Virus record (IMG/VR): IMGVR_UViG_3300025154_001556 | Direction: 5' to 3' (one strand) | DNA length: 64,000 nt | DNA from: a virus | Lineage: Duplodnaviria; Caudoviricetes | Shown here: positions 49,846-57,765 of the stretch, piece by piece | How the letters are laid out: each line of letters starts with the position of its first letter | Position numbering within the stretch: the first letter of the stretch is position 1 | Position numbers and translations under genes: made by a program | The notes under the pieces: model-generated | Database searches by the model: none | Seen by the model: only the letters and a program-made list of their open reading frames with translations | What the model was told of the DNA's origin: nothing

Positions 49846-50868
49846 TTAACTCCGGCGAGTGCGCTTTTTAATGTCCGTCCTATCTTTTATTTTTTGTGCT
49901 TCTTTGGGTTTATCATACTTTATATCTTGGTATAAATCATTAGATTGCGTTATTATGACCTCTTCTTTACTAAAAGCGGACATTTTGCCTTTATTAAACT
50001 TATTACTTTTTTTAGCCGCGTTTTCTTTGGTACGCTCATTATAGTAATCAGTCATGTAAGCATCTAGTGCATCATCGTCCTCTATTATACTATCTGGTGG
50101 TCTATCTTCAGGCATCATTTCGTATATGTTAGAATAATAACTTGACCAATATATTAAATTAAGCTGATCATTAGAGTACTCAACTGTCGGTATACCAAAT
50201 AAAGACTCAGTAACTTTTTGGCTATGTACATAACGTATACGCCATAAATTGTGTCTTGCAATAAATCTAATTGTCTTCATTGGGATGCCATGATAAAAAT
50301 GTAGAAAAGCATTCATAACTTTAATTTTAAAATTTATATTTTTTTCTAAAACTAAACTATCTACATTATCCCAATAATGCTTATCGCCTTGTTCTGTGTA
50401 TGCACAAGCCCAACATAAATAATGATGTCTTTCTTCATCTGCCTTTGTTTCGGCGGACATGATTAACCTAGAATTCTTTTTATACTCTATTTCATTTATC
50501 TGATCTTTAATTTTATTGATAAGCTTTTTAATTCTATCTGCATTAGCTTTTACTTTGGTAGTTTTAGACAGAAGCGCTTCTTGGGCCTCTAATTGTGATT
50601 TTAGTTTGGCAACTTTTGTTATATCTTCTTCTGTATATAAACCACGCTCGCTTAGTAATTTTTCTAATTCGGTTATAGAGTATAAGCCTTCATTGATTGC
50701 TTGCTTATAAGATCTCTCATAAACCAGTGTAGCTCTAAGACGTATTTCAGAAGTTGGTTGCTTAAATATTAAGTATACCTCTTCTGAACCTTTAGTAATG
50801 TTTACTATTTCCTTTCCTGTGAAAACCTTAAGTAGATAACTATCCACCTCTTCATAAGATAGTTCCAT
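49846..50868 (-). CDS. Tail assembly chaperone-like protein 2 (340 aa)
   Basis: Directly upstream of the TMP; helical and charged; YEMMPEDRPPDSIIEDDDALDAY C-terminal motif. Function from position only. Confidence 0.55.
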   Translation of the reverse strand: MELSYEEVDSYLLKVFTGKEIVNITKGSEEVYLIFKQPTSEIRLRATLVYERSYKQAINEGLYSITELEKLLSERGLYTEEDITKVAKLKSQLEAQEALLSKTTKVKANADRIKKLINKIKDQINEIEYKKNSRLIMSAETKADEERHHYLCWACAYTEQGDKHYWDNVDSLVLEKNINFKIKVMNAFLHFYHGIPMKTIRFIARHNLWRIRYVHSQKVTESLFGIPTVEYSNDQLNLIYWSSYYSNIYEMMPEDRPPDSIIEDDDALDAYMTDYYNERTKENAAKKSNKFNKGKMSAFSKEEVIITQSNDLYQDIKYDKPKEAQKIKDRTDIKKRTRRS

Positions 50869-50886
50869 GCGTGGCCTTTATATATA

Positions 50887-50920
50887 GTTATGGGGCTGCT
50901 TTTATACAGCCCCTTATAAC
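50887..50920 (-). terminator. Stem-loop between the two chaperone-like genes (possible terminator or attenuator)
   Basis: GGGGCTG-8 nt-CAGCCCC with flanking GTTAT/ATAAC pairing; only a weak U-tract. Confidence 0.5.
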
Positions 50921-50930
50921 AAGCAATTCT

Positions 50931-51689
50931 TTATTTTGTTTTTTTACGATTTGTTTTTGGCTTTACAACTTCAGACTCAACAGAAGTATTGTGCTCTTCG
51001 GTAACCAGTTGTTCTTCTTTAAGTTCGTCAACAAGTTCTTCTTCTGCTGCTGCTTTAGCTGCCTCTAAGGCAGCCCTAGCTCTGGTCATGAGATCTTCTT
51101 CTACCTCTTTCATAGCCATAGCTTCCGGAGACTTTTCCATAAAGTTTGAATCAAGTCCTTGCAGGAACAACATTACTTCGAAACGTGCTCTCATTGCTAG
51201 ATCTTTATTCTTTGACTTTAAAAAAGCATCGTAGTTTTCCCACACCCTTTTACCATTAGCGTCTTTGGTAATACTTGAAGTTAGATGTTCCAGTCTGGAA
51301 TCATCAGCCATCTGTTCACAGGTATTTGATAACGGCCCGTTTAAACGTTGGTTCCATTGGAAGAGTTCTTCTCTGGCTATGGATACTTCTACCGCCAAGT
51401 TTCTTTTGTCTTCCATTGTTTCTGCTGAGTCAAGTTGGTCTATCTTGGAGCGTAGGTCTGCAATAAGCTCTTGGGCTCTTTGTTCGAACTCAGGACCAAT
51501 AATGCCTCTACGCATAAGAATGTCTTGCATTTCTGCAGCAGTTGTTATGCCCTCTACCAAACATTTAGTGTATGTTTTGCTGTATTGCCAGTCGGCGCCG
51601 CGGATGTCTTCTGCGGTGGGGGATGAGATAAAATATTCGGTGGTGCCATCAGCACCCTTGAAGTTACGATCTATGGTGTTATCGCTCAT
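50931..51689 (-). CDS. Tail assembly chaperone-like protein 1 (252 aa)
   Basis: Between tail tube and TMP; helical, acidic C-terminal tail; shares architecture with the 340-aa gene (N-terminal F..PT.E motif, coiled coil, W+F motif). Confidence 0.55.
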   Translation of the reverse strand: MSDNTIDRNFKGADGTTEYFISSPTAEDIRGADWQYSKTYTKCLVEGITTAAEMQDILMRRGIIGPEFEQRAQELIADLRSKIDQLDSAETMEDKRNLAVEVSIAREELFQWNQRLNGPLSNTCEQMADDSRLEHLTSSITKDANGKRVWENYDAFLKSKNKDLAMRARFEVMLFLQGLDSNFMEKSPEAMAMKEVEEDLMTRARAALEAAKAAAEEELVDELKEEQLVTEEHNTSVESEVVKPKTNRKKTK

Positions 51690-51730
51690 AATAAATACTC
51701 CTTTACCTTTAAATTAAAAACCTTAGCCTT

Positions 51731-51982
51731 TTACTTCCTATTATTTGAAACTTCTATAACATCCTCTGAATTGATTTTTAATACCATCTCGTATTGGTCT
51801 GATTTGTTTTTCAGATTCCTAATACAGTTATTACCAACTCTGAGGATTTTGGCTCTAAGTGCTTTGAACGTCCCTTGATGTTCACAAGCCACCTGAGCAA
51901 AGTCTAAAGCAGATTCAAATAGTCTTGTCACTTCTTTTTCTATTTCTCTTTTGAATCTATCCCTGCTCTTTAAATTATCCAT
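51731..51982 (-). CDS. Small helical protein (83 aa); start revised from 52027 to ATG 51982
   Basis: TTTGGAGGATTAAAGGA-ATG; the longer track start lies inside the upstream hairpin. Confidence 0.7.
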   Translation of the reverse strand: MDNLKSRDRFKREIEKEVTRLFESALDFAQVACEHQGTFKALRAKILRVGNNCIRNLKNKSDQYEMVLKINSEDVIEVSNNRK

Positions 51983-52005
51983 TCCTTTAATCCTCCAAAT
52001 ATATA

Positions 52006-52031
52006 AGGGGTGAGGTATTACCCCCACCCCT
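52006..52031 (-). terminator. Probable terminator after the major tail tube gene
   Basis: AGGGGTGGGG-GTAATA-CCTCACCCCT, a 10-bp stem with one G-U pair, followed by TATATATTT. Confidence 0.6.
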
Positions 52032-52047
52032 CCCAGTTAATTAAAAA

Positions 52048-53661
52048 TTAACCATTACGTCTTACTTTATAGTCGCCGGTAATATGTGTAATATCGATAT
52101 CACCTTTAACTACATAAAGGTCATTGGTTGATCTGAAACCAAAAGTCTGAGTCATATTAGCACCCATATCAAGTGTTGAGCCCTCATCAGTAATCTTAAG
52201 GTGTTCAACGATAATGGTTTTAAGTGCATACTCACGGTCGCCCGCAGCATATGTACCCATAACACCGTTATTCCAGTAATTCTGACCAATAAGATCGGAG
52301 CCGGCTCTAACAGTTCTAACATAACCTGTACCCTTAGCTTCCTCATCGGTTTGAGCATAAACTTTAACAACAAGTTTAAGATCTTCAGAGGCCATAAGGT
52401 CAGCTAAATTGATGTCTTCCAAAGAGTCCGCATCAAACTCCGCAAGACGGTTGGCTACTTTTGACCAGTTCTCCAAGTCACCGGCTGTAGAATCTACAGT
52501 TACAGTGATAGGAATAGGCAGCGTAAGGGGTCTATCATAAGGCCCTAAATGACCAAGCTCTGATAGAGGCTCACGTGTAAGGTCAGAAGAAATAGTACAA
52601 CCAGTCAAACGCCAAGCAATATCCCACTCAGCGGCATCATTGGCTACGATATAAACTGCAACCTGACCCTGACGAAGAGCGCCCAGAAAATCAGGCCTTG
52701 ATGTAGCGTCAAGTACTTGGAAATAAGTATTTTCGGTTGTATTGCCATAGCCATTGGCGGCGTACAACATTTCTAATCTGTCCCCAGCACCAAATGTAGT
52801 GCCTGTCGGAAAAGTAATTACATGTCCTGTACTGTTATATACAAACTTAGACGCTCTAGCAGCTGCTTCTTCAGCCGCAGCTAAGGCAGCTACCTGTGCT
52901 TCAGTCATAACAGCTACATTTACCATCTCGTTGGCGCTAGCATCGTACCAAGTTACCGCTGGAGAACCGTTATCATCTTTACGTAAGAACCCAGGGTTTG
53001 CCGATGAAAGCTCGGCTACTGCATAAGCTCCAGCAGATAAAGTTGTGGAGGTCTCTGAACCGGTTGTAAAAGTGAAAGTATCCATGTTTACAAAGCGACC
53101 GGCATTCAGAAGCCACATCTTGTTATCGGTTTCAGCGCCGTAGTTCTCAGTAGCGTTAGCACCGGTGGTGTAACTAAATTCGAGGCTATTAACATAAACT
53201 TCGTCCATAAACAGAGTCTGATCTATGTTATTAGCAAGTGTACCAATAGAGCACTCGTCCTGAACAGGAGCCCAAATTGTAACACCGGGTAAGTTACCAC
53301 ATACGATTGAAAAGTCAGCCAGAGAAACACCATGTAGATAGGTGCTTGTTTCTGCAAGCTGAGTACCACTTACAACAACTAAATTACCATTTGTACTTGT
53401 AGCAGTAGCAGACATTGCTGCTTTTGCAGGTGAAACCTGTGCTAGTGTAGCCAGTGTTTTGACATCACCGAAGTCATTTGTGTTCAAGGTCACTGCCACT
53501 GCTGGAACGTCATCGACAACGTCAATGATATCCAGATGACCGAGTTCAAAAATATCTTCACTGGTAAATGTCGTGGTGCTTCCTAAAGATTGTACACGGT
53601 AAAGAACCTCACCGTTACACCACACCGATTGGCTCGCATAAATTATTCTATTCCTTGCCAT
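52048..53661 (-). CDS. Major tail tube protein with internal domain duplication (537 aa)
   Basis: Position after the terminator-like gene and before chaperones/TMP; strong RBS, long leader, own downstream hairpin; ELGHL and GAN-x-T-x2-[FY]G motifs each occur twice. Confidence 0.75.
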   Translation of the reverse strand: MARNRIIYASQSVWCNGEVLYRVQSLGSTTTFTSEDIFELGHLDIIDVVDDVPAVAVTLNTNDFGDVKTLATLAQVSPAKAAMSATATSTNGNLVVVSGTQLAETSTYLHGVSLADFSIVCGNLPGVTIWAPVQDECSIGTLANNIDQTLFMDEVYVNSLEFSYTTGANATENYGAETDNKMWLLNAGRFVNMDTFTFTTGSETSTTLSAGAYAVAELSSANPGFLRKDDNGSPAVTWYDASANEMVNVAVMTEAQVAALAAAEEAAARASKFVYNSTGHVITFPTGTTFGAGDRLEMLYAANGYGNTTENTYFQVLDATSRPDFLGALRQGQVAVYIVANDAAEWDIAWRLTGCTISSDLTREPLSELGHLGPYDRPLTLPIPITVTVDSTAGDLENWSKVANRLAEFDADSLEDINLADLMASEDLKLVVKVYAQTDEEAKGTGYVRTVRAGSDLIGQNYWNNGVMGTYAAGDREYALKTIIVEHLKITDEGSTLDMGANMTQTFGFRSTNDLYVVKGDIDITHITGDYKVRRNG

Positions 53662-53888
53662 ATCGTTTTTTCCTCCTAGAAAATTAATTTTTTTGAAGAC
53701 TTACTTTTAAATAAAGTGTAATTCTATAAATTTTTGGTTGGTATGTTTACTACTTCCTTTGTGTTTAATAAGAGCTGAGGCGGCCCTATGTTAAACCAAA
53801 GCCGTGTCCTCCCACATCCTGTGGGAAATTTAAAACTTCTACTATATCTTAATAGGTTAGTTAATTAGTATGTATATATAATTATTTA
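53662..53888 (-). promoter_or_regulatory. Non-coding leader of the tail tube gene with GC-rich hairpins
   Basis: Largest intergenic gap in the window; AT-rich upstream part; hairpin TCCCAC-AGGAT-GTGGGA (53810-53826); stem CGGC/GCCG (53781-53804); TAGGAGG RBS. Confidence 0.5.
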
Positions 53889-54767
53889 CTAACTACCATC
53901 AAGGTAAGAATACATATCTAACGATATCTTACTCCGGTACGCATTTAAGTCACTCAACATTACTTGATCAACACCTCTTGACATTACTAATGGCAGATTA
54001 ACGTGTCTTGATGTTACGTTATCAAAATATAAATTACTTACTCCTAATACTACTGATCTATCAAATAAATTAGTATCTTTATTAAGGTTGTATTTCCTAT
54101 TATAGAATGTGCCATCGTAATCTAGTACAGACCCATCTGGAAAATCCATTAATGGTATACTTTTTAAATACAATGCGTTGTAAATAACTTCTACTATGTC
54201 ATTACGTTCAGATGTGGATGAAGCAAAAACATGTATATCCACTTTTCTAGCATCTTTATGACCGCCACCTAATTGATAGCCAGTTTTATCTGTACCATTA
54301 ATGTCAATGACAACTACTGGCGGATCTTCTGCTTGTATAGCTGCCCACTCATCAACTATACCGGCGTAGTGCCAATAGTAGTCTACAGAATGAGGGGTCA
54401 CGGTGCCTGACGTTACTATTCTACCATCAACATAGTCTACTATATAGCTGTTTTCATCTATTATATTACCATTAATGTCATACACCACAACCCGCTCTGA
54501 TTGTTCTCTAGTTGGGAGTCCTCTATAACAGTAAGGACTTGTACCGGATACAGTATCGAAATAAAGCCATCCTCGCCCGCGGGCGGTAGGTTTAGGTATC
54601 ATCTCAGTCAACGCTTCGTACACAAAACTGGTAGCTGAGGATATTTCTGGTATATATTCGAGAGGAATATTTTCTTCACGTTCAATAAAATCTACTAACA
54701 CTATTTCTTTAAGATAGTGATATAAACTTAGATCTTCTTTACGTAGCTTGGTCATTTCTGAACTCAT
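53889..54767 (-). CDS. Tail terminator/completion-like protein
   Basis: PPVVVIDING...GYQLGGG...RKVDIHVFASSTSERNDIVEVIYNAL pattern; last gene before the tube. Confidence 0.6.
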   Translation of the reverse strand: MSSEMTKLRKEDLSLYHYLKEIVLVDFIEREENIPLEYIPEISSATSFVYEALTEMIPKPTARGRGWLYFDTVSGTSPYCYRGLPTREQSERVVVYDINGNIIDENSYIVDYVDGRIVTSGTVTPHSVDYYWHYAGIVDEWAAIQAEDPPVVVIDINGTDKTGYQLGGGHKDARKVDIHVFASSTSERNDIVEVIYNALYLKSIPLMDFPDGSVLDYDGTFYNRKYNLNKDTNLFDRSVVLGVSNLYFDNVTSRHVNLPLVMSRGVDQVMLSDLNAYRSKISLDMYSYLDGS

Positions 54768-55406
54768 TTAATAAACCTCTCCTAGCTTTAATTGCGCATC
54801 TATTACTGCTTCTTTTATCCACAGAGGTAATTGTATAGCAACATAATCATTTACATCTTTAAATATATCCATAGGTCCAGCGTTAGAAAAAGGGTACATA
54901 ACAAAATTAGTTTTTAACTCTTTTTCTTTACTTCTAATAAAAGCATTATATTTTAATAAATATATCTTTTCCTTAGCGGACAAAGAACTATCGGCTACGT
55001 GCTCTGTTACACCACTTTTGCCGAATATTTTAGCATATTGATCACCATTAACTTCAACATATTGTCCTACTATACCTTCTAATATATTTTCTATAACCCT
55101 TAATTTACCACTAAAATCAAAGTTGGACATATCAGGAACAGTAAAAGATACCTGTCCATTGGTAACTGTTACGTATTCAAAGTTATCTAATCGGGCTATA
55201 AAATCTTCAATATAATCTTCAGGCCTAGTTTTACTACGCTTATCTGTAACCACATTAGTTAGCTGTTGAGAGTAAGAGTCCACAATAACATCTTTAACCT
55301 CATCTATCCTAGAAGTCAGTTTAAAGAACAGTTCTTTTTCTATAATATTCTCAAATTTATACGCTATTTCATGTGCGGATTTAATTACTTTTAATGGTGC
55401 TGCCAT
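54768..55406 (-). CDS. Neck/tail-completion region protein (212 aa)
   Basis: Between head-closure-like and terminator-like genes. Confidence 0.5.
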   Translation of the reverse strand: MAAPLKVIKSAHEIAYKFENIIEKELFFKLTSRIDEVKDVIVDSYSQQLTNVVTDKRSKTRPEDYIEDFIARLDNFEYVTVTNGQVSFTVPDMSNFDFSGKLRVIENILEGIVGQYVEVNGDQYAKIFGKSGVTEHVADSSLSAKEKIYLLKYNAFIRSKEKELKTNFVMYPFSNAGPMDIFKDVNDYVAIQLPLWIKEAVIDAQLKLGEVY

Positions 55407-56005
55407 TATGTGTAGTCCTTAATTATCTCAGTAGTGTCTACTTTGGGCTTGTCAGTAGTAAAAGCAGTAATGATTAATAAAGATTGATTACCCAAGCCTC
55501 TTAATAACGGAGGTTTTGATAATTTACAGTCTACTCCATCTACTATAATTTTAACACAATTTTTAAATAAATCAAAGTATTTAGGATCTGTTTTTAGTTG
55601 TACTATCGTAGACCCTTCTGTGCCCGCTGGGGTGTATGTCATCGTATTACCAAAACCGCTAGCGGATGGGTCCCAAGTAATTAAGCAGTCTGCCCAAGCC
55701 CTACGTTGTGTTTCCAAAAATCCTTTACCAGTACAAACTGGACACCTACCACGTAAAAAGTATTTATAGTGTATGGTGACATTACCAGCAGCTTCCCACT
55801 CTGCTTGTTTAGCCAAAGCTTCTAAGGGTGTCCAAGAGCACTTGCCAGTACTTGAATCAGTCATTTTATCATAGTAGCAATTTGTACATTCTGATTTTAT
55901 TGGCTGTTTATACACCTGTACTTTACGTGATAAGCCTTTAATTACATTACGTATTGCTTTCTGGTACCTATCTTTTGTAAAGGATTTAATGCGGTTATCT
56001 TTCAT
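55406..56005 (-). CDS. Head-closure-like neck protein with CxxC...CxxCxGxG zinc site
   Basis: CTNC...CPVCTGKG; follows the adaptor gene. Confidence 0.55.
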   Translation of the reverse strand: MKDNRIKSFTKDRYQKAIRNVIKGLSRKVQVYKQPIKSECTNCYYDKMTDSSTGKCSWTPLEALAKQAEWEAAGNVTIHYKYFLRGRCPVCTGKGFLETQRRAWADCLITWDPSASGFGNTMTYTPAGTEGSTIVQLKTDPKYFDLFKNCVKIIVDGVDCKLSKPPLLRGLGNQSLLIITAFTTDKPKVDTTEIIKDYT

Positions 56006-56051
56006 TACTTAATTTCCCAAAAGTTTAAGTATGTAGTATTAATGTTTGTCA

Positions 56052-57014
56052 TTAATCGATCCTTACTCCACCAATACCTAACATTCTTACTGAATGTATG
56101 GCGTCATCTAAACGTTTTCTTATTGCATCCAATAATTCTTTTCTAGCCCGTATACCAGGTGATGGGTCATACTTAGAATTTTCATCAGTTATTATTGCAC
56201 CATCCTCACTTACGTAATCCCAGGTTTCTGACATTAGTAAATCATAAGCACAAGCCAGCATGTATATTTCCGCATTAGCGTTGGCTGCTGTTAACGGAGG
56301 AGGCGGGGGTGTGTTATCATAGGCTTCCATAATTTCTCTGTCTGACCATCTAAATGTGTAATACCAGATGTCTACCCCGCTTTGAATCATACGCCCACCT
56401 GATATAACAGTAACAGGAGTGTCAATATAACCATTAAATCTTAAATACCTATAACCATTTATGGAGGGATTGGCAGTTTCTGTATATTGCACCCCGTTCA
56501 TATTTACAAAAGCGGGCCAGCCTTTTTCATCCAGCACGTAAGTCCGGCCATCCGGCATTATAGAGGATTCTGCCTCATCACCATATTCCCTGTCTAAACC
56601 TATGGGGTCACCTATAAGTAAACGTATACGTTTTATTATTAACTGATCTGCTGTACCATATTCGATCTCAGGAGGATAGGCCGGGTCGTAGTATAAATCT
56701 TGTGCCTCTCCAAGTATAGGGTCTGTCCAACCACTTACTGACCCGGTAGATGAGCTATAGTATCTAGATGTATACCAATCCGCAGCTGCTCCACTTGGGT
56801 CCATAAAGTAGTATTGACTATATTGTGGTAGTAATATAATCTCATCTGTATCAGTAATATTACTTATCTGGTCTGTACCAGATACAGCAGTGTAGTATGT
56901 AACATCAACAGGCGTCTGTGGTATGCCTATACCAGAGTAACGCATTAGCTGTATTCTATCAAATACTGATAATATTGTGGCTATGGAATCTAGCGTAAAG
57001 GTGAGATTGATCAT
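56052..57014 (-). CDS. Head-tail adaptor (connector)-like protein
   Basis: IKRIRLLIGD, FRWSDREI and helical C-terminus resemble gp15/gp6-type adaptors; first gene of the neck block. Confidence 0.6.
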   Translation of the reverse strand: MINLTFTLDSIATILSVFDRIQLMRYSGIGIPQTPVDVTYYTAVSGTDQISNITDTDEIILLPQYSQYYFMDPSGAAADWYTSRYYSSSTGSVSGWTDPILGEAQDLYYDPAYPPEIEYGTADQLIIKRIRLLIGDPIGLDREYGDEAESSIMPDGRTYVLDEKGWPAFVNMNGVQYTETANPSINGYRYLRFNGYIDTPVTVISGGRMIQSGVDIWYYTFRWSDREIMEAYDNTPPPPPLTAANANAEIYMLACAYDLLMSETWDYVSEDGAIITDENSKYDPSPGIRARKELLDAIRKRLDDAIHSVRMLGIGGVRID

Positions 57015-57758
57015 TTAATCCTCCAAATAACTACATTTATAATTCTTATGTTGGTTTCTGTTACCCTTGGCGCATGACACCATATGGGCCGGGTTAAGTT
57101 TATGCTCCCTACAAAAAGACGCTAAACAGTCTATAAGTATAATTTCGCCTGTAGGTGTCTCTATACTGTATTTCTTGGCATTTGGATTTAAAGCCCCAAT
57201 AAATCTACCTTTTAATGTAGTAGCTATTTTACTTTTAGTTTCATTATGTCTTGGTTTACCATAATTAGGGTTGTTAGCCCCAACATACATCCCAGAGTTC
57301 TTCCTTGTTTCTGACATCTTTCTTTTGGCGGACTCTGTATGTTTTCTGCCTTTTTTAGACGCACTAATCTTTTGTCTGGCTTCTTCTGATAGAATGTTAC
57401 CGTAAGCGGGATGATCGGAGCCTTTTAATCCGTACATTGCATTTAACTCGCCTACAGCCCCTATACTATTAGTTCCACCTTCAGTCATATTGTACCCTTT
57501 GTTAAAACTATTATACTCATTTATATAGTATATTTCCTTTTCATTCAGCGCTTCTTTATTATAAGCACTATCTAACTTAGACCAAATAAAATTGGCCGGG
57601 CCGTGTTTTAATAAAGCTTGATACAGTTTATACGATTTACGTTTCATGGCATTTAAATGTTGTGTTTTACGTCTTGCCAAAGTATGCGTAGTTTGACCTA
57701 TATATACTTTACCATTAATTACATTAGTTACTTTATATATTATACCGTAAATATTCAT
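57015..57758 (-). CDS. Free-standing GIY-YIG homing endonuclease with NUMOD3-like repeats
   Basis: GIIYKVTNVINGKVYIGQT...R...H...E...GYN; repeats LSEEARQKISAS, HTESAKRKMSET, HNETKSKIATT. Confidence 0.93.
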   Translation of the reverse strand: MNIYGIIYKVTNVINGKVYIGQTTHTLARRKTQHLNAMKRKSYKLYQALLKHGPANFIWSKLDSAYNKEALNEKEIYYINEYNSFNKGYNMTEGGTNSIGAVGELNAMYGLKGSDHPAYGNILSEEARQKISASKKGRKHTESAKRKMSETRKNSGMYVGANNPNYGKPRHNETKSKIATTLKGRFIGALNPNAKKYSIETPTGEIILIDCLASFCREHKLNPAHMVSCAKGNRNQHKNYKCSYLED

Positions 57759-57765
57759 AATATAC

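Noticed and set aside
50880-50950. A7 run at the end of the 252-aa chaperone followed by a hairpin, suggesting a programmed frameshift
   Set aside because: The -1 frame, which would join the 340-aa ORF, hits TAA within ten codons; the +1 frame also stops; no in-frame X XXY YYZ heptamer.
49790-53870. Shared phage promoter motif (TAACC...TATTAAG upstream of the tube and TMP genes)
   Set aside because: Only two loosely similar AT-rich instances with different spacing; not distinguishable from chance.
57015-57758. GIY-YIG or HNH gene as part of a group I intron
   Set aside because: Both sit between complete ORFs with under 30 bp of flank; no room for intron core structure and no split host gene.
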